Below are positions 39,468 through 51,744 of a DNA stretch of 64,000 nucleotides, piece by piece. The translations under genes were made by a program, and so were the position numbers. The DNA comes from Balamuthia mandrillaris (Eukaryota). How positions within the stretch are numbered: position 1 is the first letter of the stretch; every line of letters starts with the position of its first letter. The notes under the pieces were generated by a model. The model saw nothing but the letters and a program-made list of their open reading frames with translations, searched no databases and was not told the origin of the DNA. The stretch spans positions 124,001 through 188,000 of the forward strand of contig JAVKOQ020000033.1 in the NCBI GenBank assembly GCA_031835245.2, written 5' to 3'.

Positions 39468-41372
39468 ATGGAAAGAAAGAGAAAGAGACCAACCAACGGA
39501 TCACCGGACGCCTCTTCCGCTCATTCCAAGCCATCATCCGGCGGGTCGCTCACTGGAACCTCCGATGAACAGCATTGCCCTCCTCGAGCCTCTTCTACCA
39601 CCACCGCCACCCCAATAAAACGAAATAAGCACGAACCGTCGTCTTCCTCCGCGATGTCCGCCTCCTCCTCTTCCTCCGCGTCGTCGTCCTTTCATCCGTA
39701 CGGAGTGAAGCCATGGGGAAACTTTTATTTCTCGGACAAGGCGGACTCCTGCAGGGACTCTGGGCTGGGCGCCATCGCTGTGTTGGAGGACTCGGTGGTC
39801 ATGGAGCTGTTGCACTGGTGTTCGGCAAAGGACCTCTGCTGCTTGGCCCGAGTCAGCAAAGCGCTATACGTGTTTTGCCATGGTACCACTACTGCCCTCT
39901 ACTCTCTCTTTTTTTTTTGCTTTCTTTTTCATCGCTGTTCGATTCAGTCAGTAAACTTTAGTATTCTTTCGAACAGAGGAAGAACCATGGAAGTCCCTTT
40001 GCCTCAGCAACTTTGGTGGCGACTTTCAGTTTCAGGGCAGCTGGAAGGAGACCTATCGACACAAAGCGAAGCCGGACATTGCTGTGCCTCACGTCCCATT
40101 GCAGGTCACAAACTTTTATTCGGACACCCTGTTGGAGCCATGGCATTGCATCACCATGTCGCTGGAGCGGTTCGCAGCGGTGGACAACATCGACAGGCGC
40201 AGTGGTCTCTCTGTGGAGGACTTTATTGCGGAGTATGAGACCCCCAATAAGCCTGTTATTATCACTGACATTGTTACTGATTGGCCTGCCTTCAAGGGTA
40301 CGTTTTCCTTTCGACATCTCTCAACTTGTTTGTTTACCTGACCATTACACTTGCTGTTGGTATAACGACAGAGCAACGATGGTCGAAAGAGAACCTGTTG
40401 GCCAACTATGGCGACATTCGCTACAAGACGGGCACCGTGGAGATGCGGCTTCGCGACTACTTTCAGTACTGTGAGCGATGCACTCGCGAGGAAACACCTC
40501 TCTATCTCTTTGACAACCAGTTTGCGGAGAAGGCGCCCCAATGGTTGGAGGACTACCAGATCCCTCCCTACTTTCGTGAAGATCTCTTCGCGTTAATCCC
40601 TGCCACTGCCAAACGGCCTAGCTACCGTTGGAATCTTATCGGTGTGCACTCCTTTCTTCTTTCTTTTTGTTTCTTTCTTGTGGTTTCCCCTTCTTGTTCT
40701 CCTTTCTCATGTTCAACAAAACCTGCAATAATAAACAACACAGGACCAGCAAGATCTGGCTCGACGTTCCACAAGGACCCCAACTCCACTTCAGCTTGGA
40801 ACGGCCTGATCTCTGGCCGCAAGAAATGGATCCTCTACCCTCCTAACATTTCTCCTCCCGGCATTTATCCCAGCGAGGACCACTTTCAAGTCACTTGCCC
40901 CGTGTCTGTTCTGGAATGGTTCCTCAAATTCTACGATCAAGTGCACCACAAAAACAGCAACGAAGAAGAAGAACAAGAAGAAGCAACGCCCTCTTTTTCT
41001 TTCTTAAACAACAACAAAAAGAAAGAGCCACATCAACAAACACAACCGATAGAATGCGTGTTGCGTGCAGGAGAGTTGCTGTTCATTCCGAATGGATGGT
41101 GGCACACCGCTTTGAACCTGGAAGAGTCCATCGCCGTCACGCAGAACTATGTCAACCCGCGCAACCTACAAAACGTGCTGAAGTTCCTTCGCGCCAAGGA
41201 AAATCCTCGCTTGCTAACGCAGTTCACGGAGGCGTTGAGAGAACAGCGGCCGCAACTGTTGGAGGAGGCGGAGAGAAGCATTGAACAGGAGAAACGGGCG
41301 AAGCTGTCCCTTTGGGATAAGTTAACGCAGAACAATCACTCCTTTTCTTTGTTTGGGAATAACAACCAATAA
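39468..41372 (+). CDS. F-box + JmjC domain protein (JMJD6-related)
   Basis: 'HPYGVKPWGN', F-box-like 'LEDSVVMELLHWCSAKDLCCLARVSKALYVFC..EEPW', and JmjC 'GPARSGSTFHKDPNSTSAWN...GRKKW' and 'GELLFIPNGWWH.ALNLEESIAVTQNY' with intact HxD...H. Confidence 0.9.
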
Positions 41373-41403
41373 AAAGAAGAAACAGAGAAATAAGAAGAAA
41401 CGT

Positions 41404-44400
41404 TTAGTGTTGGTTTAAAGAGGCCCAAGCTTGAAAGAGGGAGGCGTAGTTGGCCATCGTCTTTGGTGCGGTTGCTATCTCCTGGAAGGCTTGCAATTCG
41501 AGTTGGCCTATTTGATAGGGCGAGTCGTCGCTCGTTTCTTCCGTTTCCTTTTCTTTTTCTTTCTCTTTCTCAGGTTCTTCCTCTCTCAAACTATTGCAAT
41601 AGATAAAATAAGGTTAAAAAGAAGGAAGATGAAGCACAACAAGACAAAAGAGATTGTACATTCTATCCATGTCCAATGCAGCAGGATCCTCTTCAAAGCT
41701 AGTGGCGATACGTTCTGCTCGGCGTACAACAGAGTCCAAAACGCCAGCAGCGCGCGCCACGTTCATGCCGTAACTCTTGGGACAAACGCCCCTCGTAAAT
41801 TTGTACAAAAAGATGATCTCTTGGCTGAGGATAAGCATAGAGTGGTCAGAAAGGTTTATCGAAGAGACGAGAAGAAAGGGGAGAGAGAACAGATAGCAAA
41901 CTTTTCTTCATCGACATGACAAGACATATAGTAGAGGGCAACACCAGAATGGCCTTGAAACTCATCCGTGAGAAGGTGATAATGCGTCGAAAAGAGCGTG
42001 CGACATCCGATGCGCTCGGCAAGATCCCTTAATACCGCATAGGCTATTGAATAACTTTTATCGTTCATATTGATAGAATCAATTATTGCTTTTAACGAAC
42101 GAAGTTTGAAGAAGATAGAAGAAACAAACCCGTCAAAGGTGGAAGTGCCTCTACCAAGCTCATCAAGGATCACAAGAGAATGCGACGTTGCATACCTAAG
42201 AATATTGGCTGTTTCCTGCAGCTCCACCATGAATGTGGACTGTCCAGCCATGATGTTGTCATTCGCGCCTATCCTCGTGAATATCCGATCCGCAGGAGAG
42301 AGCTTACACCGCGATGCCGCCACGAAACATCCCATCTGGGCCATGATCACCGCGATGCAAACCTGTCGAAGGAGAGTGGACTTGCCACCCATGTTGGGGC
42401 CGGTCAACAAGACGACGGGAGGGTGTCCTTGTTGAGGTGCATCCGCTAGTATCACGTCATTAGGAGTGAAGGTATCGCCGATCTTGGGCGTTATGCAAGG
42501 GTGCCTCATGTCCCGCAGCTCCAAATATACGTTGTTGCGGTAACTCCCATTTGATGTTCGAGTGGGTTCGATAAACTCGGGTCGTGTCATAGGTTCTGTT
42601 GCAATCGAGAAAGACAGAGAGAAAAACATCTGTGAGGAGGGTGGTGTTCTGAATGTACAGGTTTTCTGTAGAAAAGAGGGAGAGAGAGAGAGAGAGAGAG
42701 AGAGGAAAATCACCAGGGCCATAAGAAGTAGAAGCTTTGGCAAGAGATAGAAGCGCGTCTAGCTGAGCTACACATGACACTGCTTCTGCCCACTCGTAAA
42801 AGTGAGCATCAAATTGAGACATGTGCTGGTTCAACACGCTCGATAAATAGGGTAAGGCAAATGGTCAAGGCTAAATTTGAACAGAAGATAACATATTGGT
42901 GAAGGAGAAAGAGATGAGCAGAAGAAAAAGGATATTTTCCAAGTAGTCATTTGCTTCCTCTAATTCACCAAGCAGGCTTGTGATCGTTGGATTCCAGTAT
43001 CGTTTAACAGTCTTAGTGTTGGAACGTTCTGTCCAGCTGGAAGGAACACGTATCCGCTGCAGCACAGTATTTGATACTGTTATCAACCACTTGTCGCTGC
43101 CACAAGTCGAGTAATACAGTTCATCCGTTCCTGTTAATGTGTGGCCAAACAGAAAACAAGAGAGAGAAGAGAGAGAGAGAGAGAGAGAAGAGTAGAAGAG
43201 GAGAGAAAGGAAGAGAGAGAGAGAGAGAGAGAGAGAGTCAATGCATCATGTTTGAAAGTCCCGTAACCTAACCTAAACCTACCCAACAAGTCACGTTGCT
43301 CTTGAAGGTGCATTTCGAGGGCATTCTCCACATCTGCAACGCGTGCTCTCGCTTGATCGTAGCCTTCATCTGTTCCTTCGTTTGGTATAATTTTCTGGAA
43401 AAAAAAAAAAAAAGAGAAATGATACTTCGCGTCAGCAAAGATCAAGAGAGAAGAGAGAGATGAATTAAGTCACGAACGTCTCGCTCTATTGCTGTATCCC
43501 AATCGAAAGCAGTACGAAAGTTGCCAAGAGGCTCACCAAGGGTGGAAGGAAATAGTCCTTGGCGCCCAGAGGGTGTTGTCCGCGAATTGACGGTTAGCAG
43601 AGCTTGCAACAGCTTGCTTTTCACTGCGATTCGTTGAAACTCTTCTGTTATTAAATTCTGTTTTTATCAAAAGAAAGGAGCTCTTTTAAGAACAATGAAG
43701 TACAAATATAGTATAGAGAAAGAAGAACCAGAAGGAAGAAGAAGTAGAAGAACAAAAGAACAAGAACAACAAGAACAACACCAATAAGAGATCAGTACCC
43801 ATATTTGTTCAAACCCAATTAGTACTCTTAAAAATTGTTTAATGTTGGCAGAGCCGGCATGGATGCGAGAGATTAGCCTCTCGAGATCCGGCAGGTTTTT
43901 CAAACATTCTTCTAGCCTACTCCGAAAGCCCATCATTTGAGTGTCGTCCATGTTGTTGAAATCTTCCACCGCATCTAGGCGGTCGTTGATGTCTGCAACG
44001 TTGTGTAAAGGTTTTGTAAGCCATCTCCTAAACAATCTTTTGCCAAATGGGCTCTAACAGAAGCAGGTTAAAACAAGATAAACAAATACAGCACGAGGAT
44101 ATGCAAATCTTACCACACAGTGGTCCATCAGCTTCAAAAGAGTGCCCTCTGGGCCACCATCAACTGTGTTTTCAAAGATTTCAAGGTTCACCAATGTTTT
44201 ACCGTCCAAAATGAGATAGTCTGTTGTGACTCTCCCGTCTCCAACATCCTGAAGTTTTTTGTTGAAAGTAACGTACCAATATTATAATCCAATATAGCCA
44301 AGTGAGAGAGAGAGAGAGAGAGAGAGCGCGCGCGCGCGGGCACGAAACAAACCTGATAAATGTGAAACTTTCTTAAAGAAATTAACTCCTGGTCAAGGTG

Positions 44401-47132
44401 AAGTTCTTGAAGGTATTGAACGCAAGCTCCAAGAGCAGACAAAGCCAAGTCCTTCTTTTCTGCTGCCAACATTTGCAACTCGTTGGGCCAAGAATCTGTT
44501 TGTGTTGGTTTTTTGTGGTTTTAGGAATAGACAAACTACGGAAGGGCAAAGGGAAAGAGAAACGATCAAAGAGTAAAAGAAAGACTAAGAGAAAGATAGA
44601 AAACGTACCTTCAATATTCATAGGAGAAGGATGATCAGGATCACTCTTGTGAAAATAGTTCGTTTCCCTGAAGTGATCTACCGTTTTGGCTGCGGTCCAA
44701 AACTCATCGTCGGTGCTCCTCGCATTGAGTGTGGGACAGGTAAGATTTCGTTTGATGGCGCTCATGGTTTGGCGGCTGCATTTCCCCCTCTCGTAGAGTA
44801 CTTCTTGCGGTTTTTCACGAAGGAGCAAGGTTTCGAGGTGGTTCCTGGCTGCATCGTCTACGAATTCATAAATGTTAAAGTCTCCCGTTGATGCATCCAC
44901 CAAGCAGATGCCAAAACGAGGATGCGGGGGTTCTCTTTGGCGCGGTAGCGATGGAGCCTCCAAGTTGTCATAAACTCTGTTTTCCTCTGCAATTTACAAA
45001 AGTAAAAGCTTCAGCTTTTATCTGAGGGGGAGAGATAGAGAGAGAGGAGAGCAAGAAGTAAATGGCAAAATGCGTGAAACAAGAATGTACCTTCAGGTGC
45101 GTCAAGTGACTCTTTCACTACCATAAGATAATTGGCCCTGGGGTCGTTGAGTAAACTCTCATCTACCAATGTTCCTCTAGTAAGGATCCTTGATACCTCT
45201 CTGGTAATAGCACGAGATTGGCGAACTCCTTTCTTTGCGTTTTCTCTCATTCTCACGTTGGCTCCTATCCGCGTTTCCGTTTCATCCACTATCACCAACT
45301 TGTAACTATTCCAGTCACAGAGAGAAAGGACGTGAGCAACGTAGCGCCAATGAGCTCAAAAAATGATAATATATAGAAACATACCCTAAGCCAATCAACT
45401 TGGCACACCAAGGATCGAACTTTTGTTGAGGTACGCCTGCTTGCCGCATGTTCCATGCTCCTTTTCTTGATTTCTTCGTAGTGAGCTTCAAGTCAAGCAC
45501 CTGATGACCTACATCCGCGTCCTTGGATTGGCCGGAGAGAGACAACAGAGGAAAAAAGGTTTAATTGGCAATGTACTTTCAACAACTACAAGCAAACGGA
45601 AGCGTACATACCTTGTTGTAAAGCTCATAGAACTTGCCTACTTTGAAGAACACAAGCTTATCCCAGTGCTTGGATTTAATTCCCCAGTACTGTCTCTCCG
45701 TCTCGGTCATGTTCAGCAAAGCATTGACAGGAACATAAAGAGTGGAAGGATCGTAATCAGGAGAGCCCGGCTCATTGCCTTTGGCATCTTTTGGATGCTT
45801 TATCCAGTACCATTCCTCTCTGTCCAGATCCAGAAGAGCATCACTGACGTCATTGTCACCATCCTCCATTTCCATCTGGTTCGGTCGCTTTCTTTTCGAG
45901 GGGAATGCGTCAGTATCATCGCTGCTCACACCCACCCTCATCATAGATGAAGAAGAAGAAGAAGAAGAAGAAGGGTTTCTGGGAGAAACAATGTTGGTTT
46001 GCGAAGTAGTTGATGGGCGTTGAAGTTCCTGTCGTTGTGGCTGCGTTAGAGAGATGGATTGACAAAATGCAGGTTGGGGTTCAGGCGATCTTGCCCTCTT
46101 ATTGTTTAATGAGTTGTTCATGTTGTTTGTTGTAGGCTGAGTTGCTTTAGAGGAGGGGATGGAAGAGGAAGGCCTAAACGCAAAAGCTGCGGCGGAGGGA
46201 AGAGATGAAGGAGCAGAAGAATCTACATGAAAAGAAGAAGAAGGAGTGCTGTTGATAATACTTTCTCGCTGGTGTTGGTATTGGTAGCTGTTAGGCTGCT
46301 GCTGTTGACTCAACATGGCTAACAACTCTTGATTGCTTCGCTCTTTGAACGGCTGTTGTTGTGGTTGAGTCATGGAAAAACCAGACCACGTTGAAGCAGA
46401 AGCCGAATCAGAGGAAGAAGGTGACGCAAAAGAGGAAGCGGCCGAAGAAGAAGAAGAGGAGGAGGAGGAGGAGGAAGAAGAAAAGAGTCGACGAGAGGCA
46501 GCAGAATGTGTAGAAGCCTCTGGCTGGGATGCCGAGCTTGTGTTTGAGTTACCAAAGAAAGGCGAGGAGGTGGCTTTGACGCTTCCTCCTTCTACTTTGC
46601 CTCGCGGTTGAAAGTAAGAAGTAATGGGAGCAGTAGAAGCGGTTTGTGAGGCAGAGGACGACGGGGGTTGAGGAGAACGCGGTGGAGAAAGAGGAGGAGA
46701 AGAAACTTGTCCTTCATCCGCCCAACGAAAGCTGCGGCATTGCTCATCCTGCGGCATGGGGCAGGTCCAAAACCTGCGTCCTTTGTTGGCATTGTTCTTC
46801 TGCACCGTTCTCAGGGCACAGGGCAAGTTGTGACCTGAGCAAAGAGGAGGGTTGCTAGAATCTGGAGGGGAGGAAGAAAAAGAAGAAGTAGGAGGTGGAG
46901 AAGAAGTGGTAACAGGAGGAGGAGAGGCTGATGGGGGAATAAATGGTTTCGGTGGAGGAGAAGGCGAGAAAGAAAACCCGCGTTCCCTGCTACCCCAATC
47001 AGAAACAGATGACGAAGAGGAAGAAGCGGTGGCAGGAGGAGGGTAGCTAAAGCCTGAACTGGAAGGCCGTGGTGGACCTCCAGATGAATTTCCTCCAAAG
47101 TAGTTACGAAGGGATTGTTGTTGGGGTCTCAT
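41404..47132 (-). CDS. MSH6: DNA mismatch repair protein MSH6 with N-terminal PIP box and GRF-type zinc finger
   Basis: '[10 protein letters not shown]...[25 protein letters not shown]', Walker A '[15 protein letters not shown]', '[22 protein letters not shown]', '[14 protein letters not shown]', 'FSTHYH' and '[10 protein letters not shown]'. PIP box 'QQSLRNYF'. Confidence 0.95.
42852..42935 (-). other. U12-type (minor spliceosome) AT-AC intron in MSH6
   Basis: On the minus strand the 5' site is ATATCCTTT, the branch-like GCCTTGACC lies ~11 nt from the end, and the 3' end is TAC. Removal joins GAA-A|CC-TAT in frame, and no nearby GT donor exists. Confidence 0.85.
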
Positions 47133-47371
47133 CGCTACGATCAGACCTGCTGCCTCGAAGAAATCCCTCTTCTTTGCTACTTTCTTTTGTTTCGACAAAA
47201 AATAAAATTTTTCTTAACAATTTTTTCCTAGAATTTTTTCATACGTTATGTTACCCGTGTCGACGCGAAATTTTCAACACGATTTAACCCTAACCTAAAA
47301 TTGTTGTTGGAAATGGATGTATACATAAATTTATTTAAAGTATTGTTTTTTTTTTTTTTGTTTTTGTTTGC

Positions 47372-47716
47372 TCAATCTTCTTTGTGGAGGGGACACCTAT
47401 CCTTTGCGATTGGTTGTTGGAACCACGCTCGCAGGCACTTGACATGGAAGGTGCAAAAGCATTCCATCGTGGCGATTTGTTGTCCTAAGATGGCGGCCAA
47501 CGAACCATTGTGAGTGTTTGCCAAGAGGCATGCATCAAGCTAGCAACAACAAAGAAAGTACCTGTTTGTAATCTTTCATAGCAAATGGGACATTTTTTGT
47601 GTTTGCCACTGCTAACCAACATGTCTGTAGCCAATGTGCTTTCTAATGAAGAAGAGTCAACATGAGAAAACTGAGTGAAAGAGAAAGGAAAAAGTGGAAA
47701 CAGGCTGATGTTACGC

Positions 47717-47764
<48 letters not shown>

Positions 47765-48789
47765 AACGGACCAACAAAGCGGCTTCCAGGCCGAAAAGGT
47801 AACTTTACCACCTTGCGATCAATGGAGGTAACTCGCCTTGTCGATGACGTTGATGCTGGTGTTTGTGTTGGTGTAGGAATAGCTGCAGTTGTTGGTGTTG
47901 GCCGTCTTGGTAAGGTTGCAGAAACAGAAGCTGTGGTTGAAGGCATAGAAACTAAAGTTGGAGCTGTAAAGGTAATAGGTGAAGGTGATGAAGGTAAAGC
48001 AGAGGGAAGAGGGGAAGCTTGAGTGGTGGTAGATGAATGAGATGTTGATGTTGTAGAGGAAGTTGAGGAAGAAAAGGCAAAGGAAGGACGAGAGGCGGTA
48101 TCGAAAGTAGACTCTGTGTAAGAGGAGGCAGCGATGAGCTCTTTGTGACGGCTGTTGCAATGCCGAAAGAGGTTATCGATTTCATCTATATGCAGGCTGT
48201 TGCCCTGTGTTCATAAAATGCCACCAGAGCGAGAAGACAAACGAGAACAGAATGGTGAGAAAAATAGAGAGCGATGAAGAGAAGAGAAGAGAACTACGAA
48301 GAGAAGAGAGACTAACGCGAGGAAAAAACGTACCAACAAGAGTTCGCACAAGGGACAGGCAAAGTTGTGTGCGTTCTCCAGCGAGTGAGCGGCTTTGACG
48401 TGCGAAGGAAAGTCTTTGGCTTGCACAGCTGGCGCCGGACAAAACGGGTAAGGGCAATACACTCGGAAGGGCTCCAACGAGCTCTGTCGGACAGGCCTTG
48501 TGGATCTGTTTCTGCTTCGACACAATGTTGTGAGGATGAGAAAAGGCCTGCCTGCATAAAAAAAAAAACAAGCAAACCTTGATTGAGAAGAAGAACGAGC
48601 GTTGGCACAAGAAGGACAAAGTCTGGCTTCGGTCAAGGCAGAGCTGTTGTGGTAGCTACCGCAGTTGGCACAAGCCTGTTGTTGTTGCTCCTCGGCGATC
48701 ATCGTCAAAGACAAGCACTCCTCCACATGCTTGTCCATCGCCACCTCCGAAAGGTCCATGTAAACGGAGCATACCGGGCATTGCAACAT
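47372..48789 (-). CDS. Multi-zinc-finger E3 ligase-like protein: UBZ-like finger, C2H2 fingers and C-terminal ZNRF/Pib1-type RING
   Basis: N-terminal 'CPVC...MDKHVEECL' and 'CPYPFC...FPSHVKAAH...CPLC'. The spliced C-terminus 'CPICYERLQTGQQIATMECFCTFHVKCLRAWF...RCPLH' has ZNRF-like ligand spacing ending in C-P-x-H. Confidence 0.75.
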
Positions 48790-49105
48790 GGTATCGTCGA
48801 TGGCCGGGGGGGCCTTTCCTCCTCTCCTGCCTGCCTGCCTTTACCTTTTTTTTAAAACTTTGGTTCTTGCAAAAGAAATGGGAATAAACGAATTGGAAAA
48901 GTGGTTCTTTTTTTTTTGATTTTGATGTTTTGTTGCTTCATGACGACATTGTCTTCTCAGTCCATGACGTCTAGAAAATTTCGTGTCGTCACGGGTGAAC
49001 TTCAAAGAAAAAAAAGGAAATAGGAAGGAAGAAAACAAAACAGTCGAGCAGCGGCAATTCTTTTTTGGTGCCGATACCACAAAGTAAACTTGAGAGGCAG
49101 AAGAT

Positions 49106-49532
49106 ATGGAAGGACGAGAAGTACGTCAGAGTACTGTGAGCGCATCGACGGGGTTCGATCCGGATGCCTCGGACTTGCTCATGTTTTACGGCGAGACCTG
49201 CCCCTTCACCAAGAAAGCACTACCCGAAGTGCAGTGCATGGAAAGCGCCTTGGTAAGAGCCTTTTTTTATTTTTAATGTGAGGTTTTGCTTGTGGGTTAG
49301 TCAGTGGTTTGTTTTTGTGACCTTTGGCAACAAATTAAAAAAACAGAACGTTAAGATTCAACGGCTTGAGATCTGGAACAACAAGACGAATGCACACATG
49401 TTCCAACGCTTAGCCAGAGGCAAGTGCAAGGGCGTGCCATTCTTTGTCAACAGAAAGACCGGAGAGTTTGTATGTGGAGCTGCTCAATGCGAGGTTTTGA
49501 AGGGCTGGGCCTCCTCTTCCTCCGCCATGTGA
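49106..49532 (+). CDS. Small thioredoxin-fold protein (CxxT motif), 2 exons
   Basis: 'LLMFYGETCPFT', 'RLEIWNN', cis-Pro loop 'CKGVPFFVN' and 'CGA...LKGWA'. Confidence 0.7.
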
Positions 49533-49557
49533 AAAAACACAAACCCAAAAACCACGA

Positions 49558-49597
<40 letters not shown>

Positions 49598-49756
49598 AGA
49601 AACGAATGCTTTACAACAAAGATACAAAGTAAGGAGCCATTCTCCCGCTCTCACCACCTATCATAAGCCCTTTGCTGTTTTCTGTGTCGCCGTGCTTTCT
49701 CACACCTGCTCATCAAGCTGCTTACCACCACCTGCAGCCTGTGTACCAACAAGAAC

Positions 49757-50937
49757 TCAGGTCAGTTTTTGGGCTTGATAGTGACTTTCATCTTCTCCTT
49801 CTTGCTTTAGTTCTTGATCTTGTTCTTGGCCTTCTTCCTTCTTACTGCTCTCTTTTATCCTCATTTTACTCTTTTCTCCAGTACTTCTGCTATCTCCTTT
49901 TTTTTTCCTTCTTTCCTCTTCACCAGGGCTGTCTTTCTCCTGCATGTTTTCGTTTGGCAAAACGCACCTAACAAGGCCCATGAGTGTTTCAGGATGCTCA
50001 CGAGCATACGCCTTGAATTCCTCGATGTTGATCTTTCCCTTCTCGTTGGTTTTGGCGTGCTTGATGAAATCCCTTGTTATTTCCTCCTGCAATTGCTGCG
50101 GCGATACCTCCTCGCACTGTTGGTCTCCGTCCTCGTCCTCTGTAAACCGAACAAGTTCAACGGTTGAATTGGTCTGTTTGGATACAAAGGTTAGGTTTGT
50201 TGTTTTATTCCTCAACCTTCCTTCTTATCTCTCTCCTCTTTATCGCTTTCTCTTATATACGCAACCCCTTTCTTTTTTGTTTAAATATCCAAAAGGAAGG
50301 AGAAAAAGCAACAATACCTCTAACAAGAACTTGTGGAAAGAGTTTGTGAGCTTTTTCATGTTGGAGATAAGCGTCTCGGTGGCCTCCGTGTATTCTTGTG
50401 GCGTCAAGTAGCCATCCCCATTCCTATCATACAGTTGGAAACAAACTACGAACAAGAAGAGAACAGCGAAAAGCATATCATGAACAAAGCGCACAAAACA
50501 AAAAAGAAAGAAGAAGAAAAGAAGAAATAAGAAAGGAAGAAGGAACACTAAAATGAAGAAGGAAGAAGAACGAAGTACAGTCGATCTTTTCGTCGAGGTC
50601 AGCCTCGTCGCCCAGGATGTAAAGAGCGCTGACAAGCTCCGAGAACTCGATCTCGCCGTTGCCATCTCGGTCCAGCGCTTTGGTGAGGAGGTAAGCGAGC
50701 TCTTCGTCCAAACCAAACTTGAGGACAAGGGAGGCGCTGGTCAACTTCACTTTTCTGCCTTCGCGAAGCTCTGGGTCATTTCCTCATAAACCTTTTGCAT
50801 GCCTTTGATCTTTGCCTTGCTGACTGGTTCAACCCCAAACACCTTTCGGTTGGTAACTTAACAAATCGAAAAAAAAAAAAAAGAAGGACAGACGTACACC
50901 CAGTTTCCTTGGACAACTTTCCTACGGAGCCTCCCAT
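49757..50937 (-). CDS. Myristoylated EF-hand calcium sensor (NCS/calcineurin B-like)
   Basis: Starts MGGSVGK (myristoylation-like). EF loops 'DRDGNGEIEFSE' and 'DRNGDGYLTPQE', plus degenerate 'KTNEKGKINIEE'. Confidence 0.82.
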
Positions 50938-51218
50938 TATTGCTCTCTCTATCTAGCTCCCTCTCAAGCGCTACGTAACGCTTTCTTCCACTTTCTTTTT
51001 TGTTGAGAAGTTGTTCTCTCCTATCCTCTCTCCTCTCTAGCAGAACAGATCTCTGTCGACAGTAAAACCCTCACAGGCAAAATAAGAGACAAAAAATCGT
51101 TGGAGATTATGGTATTGTTATTGTTATTGGCTATCAACATAGGGGGAGGGCAACTGGGAAAACTTTTGGGTCGCTATCGACTCATAGAAAAAAAAAAAGA
51201 AAAGGGATGAGATCTTGT

Positions 51219-51632
51219 TTAGAACCAAGAGAACGGGGAAAGAGCGCCAGCAGCGGAGTCGTCCCTAGAGTTCTCGCTGGAGTCCATGTCGGAGGAGCTG
51301 CTGTCCTTGCTCTCAGAGCCATCGGCACCATCGGCGCCATCAGCACCATCGGCACCGTCATCACCATCGTCTCCGTCGCTACCATCAGCACCATCGGCAC
51401 CATCCGCTCCGTCAGCACCATCAGTACCGTCCATACCGTCAGAGCCATCAGTACCGTCCATGCCATCTGAGCCGTCACCTCCGTCTCCGTACCCATCGGA
51501 GCCATCCCCGTAGCCAGGGCAGTAGTTGCGCCCCACAACCATTCCTTGGGTAGTCCGTCGGATGGGCTCAGCGGATATCATCGCAATGGCGACCATGAGG
51601 CAGGTTACGAACAAAACGGTGCTCAACTTCAT
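51219..51632 (-). CDS. Secreted acidic Gly-X-Asp repeat (collagen-like) protein, intronless
   Basis: Signal peptide 'MKLSTVLFVTCLMVAIAMISA', 19 consecutive G-X-D/E triplets and C-terminal 'SAAGALSPFSWF'. Confidence 0.8.
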   Translation of the reverse strand: MKLSTVLFVTCLMVAIAMISAEPIRRTTQGMVVGRNYCPGYGDGSDGYGDGGDGSDGMDGTDGSDGMDGTDGADGADGADGADGSDGDDGDDGADGADGADGADGSESKDSSSSDMDSSENSRDDSAAGALSPFSWF

Positions 51633-51736
51633 CTTTGGGTGGTGAAAGGGAGGGGCTTGTTGCTGCAGTGTTGGGTTTTTGTTGTTTTTTGATTGTTTGT
51701 TGTTGATGTTGAAATGCAAACCCACTGGCGCTCTGT

Positions 51737-51744
51737 TTTTATAG
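51737..51744 (-). promoter_or_regulatory. TATA box (CTATAAAA) of first Gly/Asp-repeat gene
   Basis: Lies 105 bp upstream of the ATG. The same octamer sits at an equivalent position in the neighbouring gene. Confidence 0.55.

Noticed and set aside
47284..47298. TAACCCTAACCTAA telomere-like motif upstream of MSH6
   Set aside because: Only about two imperfect units and cannot be distinguished from chance.
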